DNA from: Convolutriloba macropyga
Taxonomy: Eukaryota
Length of the DNA: 64,000 nucleotides
Reading direction: 5' to 3'
Assembly (NCBI RefSeq): GCF_964194025.1
Contig: NC_134473.1
Coordinates: 63,674,001-63,738,000, forward strand
The notes beneath the pieces are model-generated. The model had not been told where the DNA came from, ran no database searches, and was given only the letters and a program-made list of their open reading frames with translations. This document shows, in pieces, positions 38,875-51,084 of the stretch (position 1 is the stretch's first letter; each line of letters starts with the position of its first letter). Made by a program: the position numbers and the translations under genes.

Positions 38875-39230
38875 AAACGACAAACGTCGATTGAATTCCT
38901 CTCGAACGACAGGTGGGGCAATCTAACTAGGGGGCCTCTAGAAATTTTTTATGGGTGCAAAAAACAGCATACCCCACAGTTCGAACACCGGGCCAAGATG
39001 CCGGTGTAACATCTTAACCAATAAGCTACAATGGCTTTGAGTCTTATTTGCTCACAATCGATTTTATAGTAGCAAAACTTCATTTCAGAAAGAGAGCAAC
39101 TTAGATCACAAAAAAGAACTCAAGCGTGAAAAAAAAACAACTCAAAAAGTCAAAGATTGATCTAGAACAAAAGCACAAAAAACGGTCAAGCAAAATTTTT
39201 TTAAAGACGTGCGAGTGGAAAACAATTGTA
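38875..39230 (-). mobile_element. Family A variant with a tRNA-like cassette
   Basis: CGACAAACGTCG hairpin plus AATTCCTCTCGAACGAC; AAAACGGTCAAGCAAAA near the other end; A-box TAGCTTATTGG and B-box GTTCGAAC on the minus strand. Confidence 0.6.
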
Positions 39231-39544
39231 AATACATATCCCAATCGCCCCAGCCTATTGTCACCTAGGAATTTTCGTGCGCTCGCCAGATTTTCGTGGT
39301 TTCATGTCTAGACTATCACGTGTTCGTTCAGATCCAGGTTGTTAGTTAATGTAACCCCCCCCCCCCCTCGTTCATTCATGTTGACTGCTCTTATCACTAT
39401 TCAGTTTGACACCTCAACAACTTAAGACAAGAGTGAACAAGACTGTATTGCCAACACATCCTCAAATACTCAAGAATGGAATTACACATCAGCAAAAAAC
39501 AGCAAAGTCTTGGCTTTCATCTTGTGGACGGTCACAGCTCGTTC

Positions 39545-39811
39545 TCATGGTTTGTAGACGTAGGTGAGTCGAGGCATATGCTTCTCCTTCTTCATCTGTT
39601 TCTTCGTCTTGATTTGCAGTTCCTTCTTATTCAGCGCCCTCCTCTTTGCCCTCGTGAGTTTCGGTCTCAAGTCAAGAGGAATAAGCTTCTTGTTCGCATA
39701 TTGTTGTGCAACTGCTCGCTTCTGTTTGTCCGTCATAACTGTCAAAATTCTAGCGATGGACTTGCGCACAGTTTTGATTTTCGCCAACTTGCTTTGCACG
39801 CCTCCAGTAAC
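39545..39811 (-). CDS. RPL35: 60S ribosomal protein L35 (uL29), coding exon 2
   Basis: TTGCAG acceptor; VTGGVQSKLAKIKTVRKSIARILTV...PLDLRPKLTRAKRRAL...KTKKQ matches uL29; TGA at 39547-39545. Confidence 0.95.
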   Translation of the reverse strand, partial: VTGGVQSKLAKIKTVRKSIARILTVMTDKQKRAVAQQYANKKLIPLDLRPKLTRAKRRALNKKELQIKTKKQMKKEKHMPRLTYVYKP

Positions 39812-40486
39812 CTGCAACACTTCTCCGGGTAAATTGTAAGCAATAGCTTAATGAATTCTAATTTTAAACTGGTTTTACCAAAATATTTTGGATGGGAAGT
39901 TTTTTTGAAGGATCTCTTGCATTTGTTTTCCTAAAATGACCTCTGTACCCGTTTCAGATGAAAACTCAAGATATTAACTGTAATCAGTCGTTAAACAACC
40001 TCAAACTTTAACCGGCTTTCACCAATGAATCAAAAAATCTTTTCTGTTTGTACCCCCCCGTACGTTATTCACCCCAGTTACAGAGCACGTGTCATTACAT
40101 AGTAAATCCAATGTCAAAATATAGCACGTGCATCGGGGGTGCAAGTAATATGCACCCACTAAGCGCTGGGGGACGGGGGGCATAACGGAAATATAATCGG
40201 AGGTAGTTATTTTCGAGTTTTTTATTCAAATGACCACACAAGGAAAATCTGGTCATTTCAACAGATGATTTGCATACCGACTGTTATTGTAACTTCCATA
40301 ACAAATTTTAAAAACGCGCGCAAAACAAGATTGATTATGAACTGCAAAATTGAAAGTGCACTTTTGCACGATTTAAACATTAGATGATCCTTATTACATT
40401 CCAAAAATACATTGATGCAAAAAGGCATGATTTATCAATATGCACAATTTGCTGCAAGTATCTTTTTTTTCTTTGCTCTTTCTGAT

Positions 40487-43084
40487 ATTTGTTCCGAACC
40501 CTCTTGAGGGGGGGGGGGGGGGGGGGGGGTTCAGACAATTTCGGCCGATCGATATATTCATCGTAGAGTTGAGACTGGTATCATTAGAAAGCTTGTCCAG
40601 CGTCGAATATGAAATTAAAGAATTAAAGAGATTTTTTTTTCATTTTCGTTTTTTACAGGGAGTTATCGAGGTTTAAAGTTTTCAGAAAATAGAGTGAATT
40701 CCGTTGATTTTATCCACGTTTTCCGGATTTATTGACTAAAACTTCGCCAATTTTATTAAAATTTGTTAAATTTTTCTTGAAGAAAGTGTTGTTGACTTTA
40801 TTTGTAAAGACAGAAAATTTTGTCGGCTATTTTTATTAAATTTTTTGTCAAAAATTCTAGCTAAATATTTCAAAATTAAGACTTTTTCATCAAAAACAGC
40901 ACGAAATAAGCTTCGTTAGTACACTTTGATTAAATTTACAGGAAGCACACAAACAAACAATACTATCACAATCTTTGTAGACTCAAAAAGGGGCTATTTA
41001 TACTTCAAATTCTGTTCAGACTGCTCTGTAATTAAAACTTTGCCGTTTTTTGCTAACTTTATTTGTTGATTATCAAAAACGCAGCATTTAATTTTGATTA
41101 AAACTAACAAAAAATCTATATCTATAACATTCAAATAATTAAGTGTTTTTATTGGACAAACAGCATTAGCATGGCTAGTTTTGGACCAATATTGGACCGG
41201 TATAATCCAAAAAGAATTCGGATTGTAATCAGTCGGTCTTTTTTATAAAAAAAACTTGATCTTTTTTATATTAAATAACAGAACATTTTCAACCGAAGCT
41301 CACATAAGATAGGTTCAACTGGCTTCCTAATTAGCTTCACAATATTGTATCTAGTTTATTACTTGAGAGCTTATGGTCGTTTTGACTTTGAAAGTATTTG
41401 ATTTTAAAATAAATAATTGCTTATTGAACTTTGCCTCCATTTTTCTCTTAATTTGGTAAACTTGTAGCTTATTGTCAGCAATGAAAGAATGCAAATTTAA
41501 TCTTTATTTCTACTGAATTCAAATTCAATCTTGATTGCGGTTTTACGCCTTAAGTTATGGTTTTCTCGCTTTGACACTAATTTCATTTTTTTTTAAATAT
41601 TTAGGCATTTGCCCATTTTTCACGTTTTCGAGTTTTGTCACATTATCACATTATTTACAGTTCATATATCACATTATTGGCGTTCAAAAAAGTGCACAAT
41701 TGATAATATTAAAATTAAAATGCCTAAGGATATAGATTATTTTTTTAACGGCTTCGACACTATTTTCTCGAAATATCTAATTGAGTTTTTAAAATTTTGT
41801 CTTTAACTAAGTTTTTACTTTGTCTTTTAGTCGTATGAAACTTCCTGAGCACTGACCAGGTTTCATTGGCTTCTCAAGGAAAAATAGATTAGTCGATATT
41901 CTGATATTTGTAGATAGCTGAAGGCTTTCATGACTCTGAAAACAATTTTTTTCCAAAAAAAACACTTTAACTTCACAATTTTGTTCCGTTTATTGTGTTT
42001 GTTAGCTAGTCTCGTTAATTATAGGCCAAATATGAGATGTCAAAAGTGATTGGTGTCACGCAATCTAATGTTTTTTAAAGAATTCGTTATGACTTTACTG
42101 GCTTCGACACGGAAAAAAAGAAAATTAATTATTGGTTTTTGTCATGTTTGACGTTCTTTTTGTAGACGAAGAACTATTCTGGATAATTGCAATTCTCAAG
42201 GGCATCCTTTGGAAGAACATACGAATCTATTCAATTATTTCATATTGTAATTAATGGCTTTCATGTCTTTGGAAATAGTTTTTTTCGCAAAAAAATAAAG
42301 TATTACTTAATTTTGCATTTTTTCCATTTTTGTCTACTTGTTACATAGTTTCATTAATGAGAGGTCACAATTTCGGTGTTCGGAGAAAATACTGAGGACC
42401 AAAGTATGGCTTTACGGCTTCGAAAGCGTTTTGTGCCAAGTTTTAATTGATTTTTTGTTTGTTGTCTATTTGTTGTTCTTCTTGTAAATGCATAAAAAAA
42501 AGAAAACCGAAAGTTCTTAATTCCTTCTATCGAAGCATTGGTAATCGTACACCTATAGGATATTTTAGTTGATTTCTAATGGTTTTGATTACTTTGAAAT
42601 TAATTGTTTTTAAAAAATAAGCGAATTTATCAACTTTACTGTTTTTGTTCTTTATTGTCTAATTGTAACCAAGCCTTATTATGGACTAGTGCCATATATT
42701 TTCTGGTGAAGTACAAGTTATTTTGTTTAGTTTCAGTTTTATCTGACGCTATCTTGACTTTGTTTTTAAGTTTTGTTTTTTAAAACGGACATGAAGTTTT
42801 TGATGTAATTAATTCTTGTTGTTGTTGTTTAATTTTGGTGTTCGTCTTGACCCGCTTTCTTAATATTGGCACATCTCATCAACCTAAGGCACCATTTTTT
42901 ACTCCACCACTGAGTTATTTGCTTTGGAGGCTATCTTTTCGCTCATACACCAAATTTTTTTGAAAAATACTTGAATTTTTGGGCTTTTCTATCTGTTCCT
43001 CATTTGGCAGACAATTATGCCAAAATTGTGGATGAGCGGGGTCAAAACCTTATGTGCAATCGCACATTAGCGCGTCTCCTTGTT
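40487..43084 (+). mobile_element. Family B element inside the RPL35 intron
   Basis: TTGTTCCGAACCCTCTTGAGGG head; GGGGTCAAAAC plus ATGTGCAATCGCACAT tail; colinear with 17512-20117. Confidence 0.75.
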
Positions 43085-46000
43085 ATAATTTACCTTCATA
43101 AACAAACATTCAAGTCCATAGATCACTTAAGAACAAAAAATTAAACAAAACTGACTAATGTAGGGAAAATTAATTTCTCTCAAGCGACAGGCAGTGGAAA
43201 ATTGTTCCTCAATCTAGCCTTGGAAGGGGCATAACATCAAAGTGGTATAAAATGGTGGTATCAAATCTTATTATAGAACACTGCTAAAATTTCAAAGACA
43301 AAACCAATTTCAATGCAGTTTTGATTTGACTGATCTGAGTACTAAATGAATGAGAGCAATGGATTTCAAAGTTGGTATCTTTTCCATTTCGGAGTAACAC
43401 GACAGCGTTGAAAATAATTAAACTTCCACCAACTTGATCCAAAATTTCAATCAGACCGCAATTCTATTAAGTATAACAAACTGAAACCCCGTTAGCCATA
43501 GAGAGCTTCTGTTAGAAATATTATGTACACTATGTCCGCTCCTGCATCAGTAAAAATAGATAGTTGAATCGCATCACTTCAAGAAAATGAAGGTTTTCTC
43601 TCGTTTTTACCACAAGAACAGCTGAAAAATGTTGACCTGTATGTTACAATCATTAGCATGTTTTCACAATAAAGTCAATCATCTGAGAAGACAAAAAGCT
43701 GCATAACAGAAAGAAATCTATGGCATTCCATCTGTGGCATTTGCTGGATAACAATAATTCTTTAGTGCTTCTAAACGCTGTATTACAAACGGTCAGTTTG
43801 TTCAGGTTGGACTAATGGCTTTGGCCTGATTAAAAATTTTGGTTAATTAAAAACTTTGGTTAATTAAAAATTTTGGTCTAAAAATGAACCATAAAAGCAT
43901 AGTCTTCCGATTGAGATAACTCACCAACCAATCTGAAAAGGCAGCTAACAGTTACAATTGTCTCAACCTATGACCAACTAAAATCACTAAAAAAACTAAA
44001 ATAGTGCTGTTTTTTAGATGGATTGCAATATTGTTTTGCTATTTATTAGAGCTAAATGACCATCATTTGGCAAAATTACCACTGCGTCACAAAAACAACG
44101 ATACGCTACGGAGCTGGAATTATTTCTCAGTAATGTAATATTCCCATTGGGTACAATCAAATAACTGGAAATGAACTTTATTCACGGAGGACAGGGAATT
44201 AACCGAAGAAAATTCCCTGTCCTCGGTAATTCCCGAGGACAGGGAATTACCCGCGCGGCTAATAGAATCATCAACCAGGTATAAAAAAGGGAGAAAGGAA
44301 AACTGAAGGGAGGAAGGAAAAGAACTCTGCAATGAGTTCGACCAAATATTGGATGCACATTTTGAGCGTAGTCTGAAATTTTCGGTTTTCCAAGACAAGT
44401 ATCTTATCTAGAACAGATACATAACAGAACAGATAGATCGTTGCTGTTATGCAGTTCCAAAAACGTGCGTAAAACTTTAACTCTCTACAGCGCAAACTCA
44501 ATTTTAACCTTGAGAATTCTTCTTAAGCAATGCTACACTTAAACATAGAGAAAATTTACAGGTTATTGAAAACTTTGACAACTGCTTTTTCTTTTACTTA
44601 TCATGGAAACTTTGAGTGACTATGAGGAAAACCAATGTGATGTTGACCCGGATCCCGAACTACAAGACATCACTGACGCTGTCTAAGACGAAGCAACCAA
44701 GAAGGCACTAATGGAATCGGCCGTAAGATGCAGAAAAACAAATTGAGGACAACGAAATGTTTGATCAAGTTTTCAATTTGAACAACGACATAAATGACAG
44801 ACTGCGAGAGCAAAAGTACAGCAGCAAAGATTCTCTTGTAAAAAAACCCGCACTTCAACTCAAGAGATTCCGAGAAACTTTTCATGAATTTGAAAACTTT
44901 TTATGAGTATCTAAAGCTGGGCCTGAAAGAGGAAAACCTCAAAGCGTTTCATGTATTATCCCCCCCCCCCCCGAAGAAATCTACCAGACAACTTGATCCC
45001 CCCTGTGATCGTAACGTTTATTTCTTTCCGAGAAAAAGAGACAGCATATAGGCAAAGAAAACGTCAAGCCAGGCCCTAAGAAAAATTTTTACCCGAAAAA
45101 CCCTATCAAAAACAAGCAAATCTATTTAAATAAGAGACTGCCAGCCATTGAAAACATGATAAAAAACTAAAGAGAAAAACTATATTACTTCAAACTAATA
45201 AGTGCGTTGTATCGGTGCTATGTTTAGATCCTAAAGATCAAAATGGTGTAACCAAAATAATGATACCGGTAAAAAATGCTGACGAAGTGAACAACTTGAA
45301 CAACCCGGTCAATAAGAACCTGCCAAAAAACCACTTCCTTCAGGCAATCCATTCAAAAAAAACTTCCTCTCAACAAAAGTGAGGCCGATAAAGCAAAGGA
45401 GATCCTTGAAAAACTATCGCCCGAGCAAAAAAAACTTCTTCCGTGATAATTTTCTGTATGAACAGTTTTAACCCCACAATTGTATGCAGTAAAAACGTCA
45501 TTACTATGTACATAATGTTGAATGTCTTAAAAAAACTGCGAGCGCTGTTAACAAGATAAAAACTTCAAGTTGAGAAAAATTTTGGGTCCAACTAATAAAA
45601 AAATTTCATGTTCGGCTCAATTTGATACTAAACTTCTACAGAGCTATTCAGATTTTTAGAACTAATAAGTTCATTTTTGGGGAAAAACTAATGATAAAAA
45701 ACCGAAATTTTACGCAAAAATTTAAAAATTTTGGGATTTGAACATCATGGAAAAAATTCAAAAATGATAAAACCCAATAATTTGGCAAAAATCTCAATCT
45801 TTGGTTCTTGAGATTTTTTGAAGCACACCGAATTCATGTAAAAAAATTAAAAAACGATCAAAAAACCAACATTTTTTAAAAACAGCAAAATTTCTGGGTT
45901 TTTGAAATTTTTCAAAAATCGTTGGATCACCGAAATCATTGGAAAAATTGAAAAATAATGAAAAACCAAAATTTCTTGCAAAAAACCTTTCAGATCTTTG

Positions 46001-46249
46001 GGATTTTTGCGATATTTTGAAAATCACCAAAATCGATAAAATTCGAAAACGATCAAATCAACCAGTTTATTTTGCAAAAAACCTCAAATTGTTTGAATTA
46101 TTGAGATGAAAACCTCACCCTTTTAGTTTTTAGAAAAATTTAAAAACTCACTAAAATTATTTATAATTCGTGATTGATCAAAAATAACAAAATAAGGTAA
46201 TTAGGTGAATATAAACACTAAAATTTTTTAGGAAGAATTTCTCAAAAAA

Positions 46250-47300
46250 ACAAACCATGCCATCAGAGCGCGTAATAAAGGAGCTTTAGCCCTGCTGCTG
46301 TTCTTGCAGAACATAAGATCATTGGGTCCAAACTACGATGAGCTTATCGCAACTTTTGAGGCCAACCAAATAATGCCACCTTTTTGGCACTAACAGAGAC
46401 CTGATTGAAAGATTACTCAAACAACCAATTGTTCTGCAACAAAAGTGACGATTGTGTGCAATGCTCCACAAACGGATAGATAAACATTCCAAAATCTTCT
46501 TTTGGAACATCTCTGTCATAGGCCAAAAAATCACATTTTATGCGGGGACTTAAATATAGATTTCTCAAAAAATGATAAAAAAACAGAAAATTTTCTTAGG
46601 GAATTGGGCTCACTAAACCTATACCTAAAATCAAAGAAAAACGAGCACACAAGAGCAAGCATCAGAAGCAACTAAACTCTAGATGTTTTATTCTCAAATT
46701 TTGAATGTGAAACAGGTGCTAAAAATAAAAGTGTCAGAACATTACGGAGTAAGTGACCTTAACGATTATTTGAGAGTAAGTGACCTTAACGATAATCAAA
46801 ATAACACCATAGAAGATGAACAAGAAAAACAGAGAAACTGGAATGCTCTCAATAAGCTTACTAACTCTCTGGAGTTAAATGTTGAACTGTCAAAAGATAA
46901 TTTTTTTCGATTATGCACAGCGGAGGAAGGAATACGCAATCTTGAGAAAATTATAAATAGAACTTTGGATCTTACAACTCCAAAAAAATCATCAAAAAGA
47001 AAAAACAAAACTGGATTACCAACGAAGCCAAAAATGCTTGTTCGAAGAAACAATGTCTTTGGAATAAGTTTTTGCAGTCCAAGTCATAAGAAGTAAAAAA
47101 AAAACAATACAACTTGCAGAACAAAACAAGAACACTAGTAAGAAACGCCAAAAAACAACTCCAAAAAATTTTTGAAAAACAAAATGATTCTAAGAATAAA
47201 AGTTTTAATAGGTATCTGAATCAAATTTGCTATCCGAATACAAAAAAATCAGAAATCACGAGCACAATTGACTCTTTTTGAATCTTTTCAAAAAAGATTC
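46250..47300 (+). mobile_element. Decayed LINE, AP-endonuclease region, in the RPL35 intron
   Basis: GDLNIDF at about 46544, TR...LD and SEHY-like motifs, then WITNEAKN linker; many frameshifts. Sequence from about 44600 may be its ORF1. Confidence 0.6.
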
Positions 47301-47369
47301 AATTGACTCAAATGAATCTTTTCAAATGAAACAGAGTGTGGTAAGTCACGAGTCAAGCGTGAAACTCGT

Positions 47370-47780
47370 GACATATGAAAAACCAAAAACTTTAAAGTTA
47401 AAGCAAATTTAAAAAAACAGCAGGACAAGTCCTGACCTACAATTTGAAGAATTTTCAACGCAGACAAAGAAGAAGCTTTCAAAAATTTTAATTGACTTAA
47501 CCTAAAACCAGACAAATAATAGACTATGGAGGGGATAACTATTGAGAAAACCATTAACATAAAAAAGTAAAAAAAGTCAAATGGCAAAAAATAACAAGCC
47601 AAATTAATTGTGTTAAAACACCGTATTCTCAGTCTACTTTAAAATTAGAGTTGGAGCATTTCACGCCTTATTGGCACTCGCTTTTTCACCCCACTTCCTG
47701 TTTCGGCGTGACCAAAATCATCACCTTAATCTGAATTCAAAAATCATGAAAATGTGTGAACAAATCTTACAAAAAACATA
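47370..47780. repeat. Family C modular repeat, copy 1
   Basis: AGCAGGACAAGTCCTGAC and TTCCTGTTTCGGCGTGACCAAAATCA shared with 51195-52115 and 58170-59715. Confidence 0.75.
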
Positions 47781-48733
47781 GCCGGAAACGCCTCACAAGA
47801 ATAATTTATGAGGCCTTTTTGCAAACAATCACCCTTTGAAATAACTAATGGCCACTAGAAAGCTCAAAAAATTAGGAAAAAGGCCGAAAGTCAAAAATAG
47901 TTGTAGTTGGAAATTAGCCAAAAATATATTTAAAATAAAAAGGTACAAAAGCTCAATTAAACTTTTAGATAATATAAATACAAAAATATTTTTCTTAAAC
48001 AATTGAGAACATTATTAAATTGCTACAGAGATAGGCAAGCTACCCGGCGGTAATATTTCTTAACTTTGAAAAGCGAATTTCTCAACAAAAAATGTGCTTT
48101 AGACCAACAAAATTGTTATTAATTGATAATCAATGACGCCTACAAGCAATTAAAGTAAAAAAAAAACCACACAATAGAAGGCCAAAAATACATGAAATTA
48201 CTTAAAAAACCGCAAAATTGTTAAAGACCTGCAATATAGCAAAGCAGGTTGTTGACCACAATTTTACAAAATGCTATCAACCTATTTAGCAAAAATGGTC
48301 AGTATCAACGAAAAAATGATTGAAAAAGCCGCACGTGAAAAAAAAAGTTTGTTTTTCACACCTCAATTTTTCACACCTCAATTTTTCGCTCTAAAACAAT
48401 GGTATTAAATAATCACTCTTCTCTCAGCTCTTCAGATCTTTTCAGCAGCAAAACCAAATTTTAGCAATGACATTTCCTGTTTCAATTTCACTGCAAAATT
48501 GATTTAAAAAAAGACACTTCTTCAATACTCCAATACTAAGAGAGCATTGAAATAGGGATAATCATAGAAAATTATTCTGTGTTTGACGAGCTTTCCGGTG
48601 ATACCAGTCTTTCCAGGTGTGATAAACCAATCGGACAAAACAAAGCGTTAAGAAGACTGCTGAGGATGTTGTTCTTCCCATGAGAGGGGGTGGGGAACAA
48701 AAGTGAAAATAACGAAAGGAAAAAATAGAGTAC

Positions 48734-48844
48734 CTGGCTAGTGCGGAGCTGTTGCAGCTCCTCTTTAAGAGTGTCTAACTCAGTTTTGAGCTCTGTCTTG
48801 CCCATGCCTCGCATGGCCACTGTTGTCAACTTCTTCTGGGACAT
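48734..48844 (-). CDS. RPL35: 60S ribosomal protein L35, coding exon 1
   Basis: MSQKKLTTVAMRGMGKTELKTELDTLKEELQQLRTSQ followed by CAG|GTACTC donor; phase-0 join to exon 2 gives 125 aa, the expected size for uL29. Confidence 0.9.
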
Positions 48845-48852
48845 CTTAATCA

Positions 48853-48943
48853 CTGCAACGGATCAACACAACCCAAATCTGAAAAAAAACAACACTCACA
48901 CGCATGTTGTATCTATTCTGTTTCGGCCCCAGTGTTTTTTATA
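48853..48943 (-). promoter_or_regulatory. Possible TATA box and short 5'-UTR intron of RPL35
   Basis: TATAAAAA at 48943-48936, GTGAGT donor at 48899, TTGCAG acceptor at 48854-48853, eight bases before the ATG. Confidence 0.35.
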
Positions 48944-49410
48944 CCCCGTCACCAACTGTGTATTGTTATATAACACGTTACTATGTAAAAAATTAGCACG
49001 TGCGTCTGGGGGGGCGTAAAAGATAGAAGCCCACTAAGTAAGCTAGGAGGGAGGGAGGGAGGGAGGGGGGGGGGGGGGGGGACAGAATAGATCCTGCACA
49101 TTTAAAGACTCGATACCCAGAGCTTTGTCTGCTAACGCATTTCGCATTAAGTAGGAAAATAGGGTGAGAACACAAATATGGTATTGATTGTCAGAACTGT
49201 CATTCTGCTTTAGTTATGACAAAATTTTGTTCCATGGCCTCTAAAAGCCATTGTCCGACTTTATTGTCAGCTACCACCTTCCGGCATGCCAAATGTTACA
49301 ATCAACCGATAGCTTCACAATAGTGCTAGCTTACAGATGACATCAATTTTTAAAATTTATATGAAAAAAAATTCAGGAACGAAAAGAAAATAGGCATTAT
49401 CGAGATGAAA

Positions 49411-51084
49411 TCATAAAGTGTTTGGAATGGGATCTTTGTAGTCGCTGTTTTCAACCAGTCTATGCACTGGGGGACTCTTAGGTCTGATTTCTTCAATTCG
49501 GTCACTGCAGCCAGTCAAATGACCATCCGGAATTGATTTACCATCTGGCTCTTTTGAGAACCAACTTGCATATTTCACTGGGTCAAAATTATTTCCAGTA
49601 ATATTTGGACCGATTGTCAACCAGCCTGGTCTAATATCTCTGTCGGAGCCAAATAAATGCAAACGTCTTCTGCCGAGACAAAAGTGCTGGATAATTTTAA
49701 AGATTTCTTCTGGTTTTTCGTGGCTCAAAAATTCTGGCTCTTCTGAAAGAATCAAGTCAAGGTCTGTATTCGCATGAATGAAATCACCATCTTGGTTACG
49801 CTTTACAGTTCCTCGGATGCCAACTAGACAATGCTCTTTTGTCCTGTGAAAGAGGGTTTCAGGTTCGAACCTGCGCGGAGTATCTCGATTTAAAGAATTG
49901 GTTTTAATCCAGCAAATATCTTCACATCGTCGATAATTCCAGCTGTGAATACATTCTCTGCAATCGTCAACGTTTTCAGACGTTCCACACCACATGAAAA
50001 TAAATCCCCGACTTGAAGAAATTGCCTCAATGTCCAAACGCGACAATTCGTCGAAAGTCCACTGCTTTAATTTTGGATCAGAGCTTTCAGGACTATATCC
50101 ATTGACCAAAGGCGCTGAAATCATGATCACATCAAAAACAGATCTCAGTTTTTTCAAATTGAATTTCTCGAAGTCACAGTTCATGTACATTGGCGGCGTG
50201 TTTGTAGAATTGACCAAATCGTCTTTCAAATAAAGAAGCTCCCGCAACTTAGGGTATTCTCTAAACCGATTATCATAACCACTGTCGTGAACAAAGTTCT
50301 GGGGTCTCAAATCAGAATCCACATAATGCTGTGAGTAATCATTCGAAGGTTTCAAAGAAGGGTTAAATTTTCTACGAGGTGATTCATCTTCGTTGTCTGA
50401 GTTCGCCTTTTCTGTTGATACATTCAAATCGTTGCCAGCTTCAGAACCATCGCCACCCTTTTCTGTGACCACACCAGATATTGTGACAAGCTTTTTACCC
50501 TCCGAGTCAAGGCTTGGAAACTTCCACGGATTTGACTGTTCGAGAAACTCGTCAACGACATCACGCACATTTCTCTCCTGTCTAGGAAAAGAAGAATTGC
50601 ACATAGCAACCGCAGTTTCGTATTTATCAACATCGTACTCTTTAGTTAACGCATTTCGCCGCACAGCGGAGCGTCTTTTGAGTTCGCTTAAAAAGTCTGG
50701 GATGTCCAGAATCAACGGATCATCAGGACCCCCAGTATCGGAGGCGTATTTGGGAACCACATTCACATCAATAACTCGTTCACGCCTTTCATATCTGTGA
50801 CCTGTCGGTGATCTCGACCGACTTCTGTTGTACCTTCTTCTAGGGTCGTAACCTCCCCTATCACCCCCATGAAATCGACCTCTGAACCCACCACCAAATC
50901 TACCTCCTCTCGGATAGTATGGTCTGCTGCCTCTATACCCCCATCCGTAAGGTCGAGGTGCGTAAGGACGAAATCGTTCTCGATTGTGGTAATGATGATA
51001 ATCTCTATCGGGAGGTCCATCATATCTGGGTTTGGAGAAATGTTCACGTCGCGAGTCATCATCTCTCTCATTAAACTCTGGCAT
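49411..51084 (-). CDS. METTL14: m6A methyltransferase non-catalytic subunit METTL14 (MT-A70 family), single coding exon
   Basis: Diagnostic motifs NDYSQHYVD..RPQNF, YPKLRELL..KD, RRCEDICWIKTN, TKEHCLVGIRGTVKR..DGDFIHAN, HFCLGRRRLHLFG, RPKSPP. First ATG at 51084; the track start at 51126 is TTG. Confidence 0.96.
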   Translation of the reverse strand: MPEFNERDDDSRREHFSKPRYDGPPDRDYHHYHNRERFRPYAPRPYGWGYRGSRPYYPRGGRFGGGFRGRFHGGDRGGYDPRRRYNRSRSRSPTGHRYERRERVIDVNVVPKYASDTGGPDDPLILDIPDFLSELKRRSAVRRNALTKEYDVDKYETAVAMCNSSFPRQERNVRDVVDEFLEQSNPWKFPSLDSEGKKLVTISGVVTEKGGDGSEAGNDLNVSTEKANSDNEDESPRRKFNPSLKPSNDYSQHYVDSDLRPQNFVHDSGYDNRFREYPKLRELLYLKDDLVNSTNTPPMYMNCDFEKFNLKKLRSVFDVIMISAPLVNGYSPESSDPKLKQWTFDELSRLDIEAISSSRGFIFMWCGTSENVDDCRECIHSWNYRRCEDICWIKTNSLNRDTPRRFEPETLFHRTKEHCLVGIRGTVKRNQDGDFIHANTDLDLILSEEPEFLSHEKPEEIFKIIQHFCLGRRRLHLFGSDRDIRPGWLTIGPNITGNNFDPVKYASWFSKEPDGKSIPDGHLTGCSDRIEEIRPKSPPVHRLVENSDYKDPIPNTL

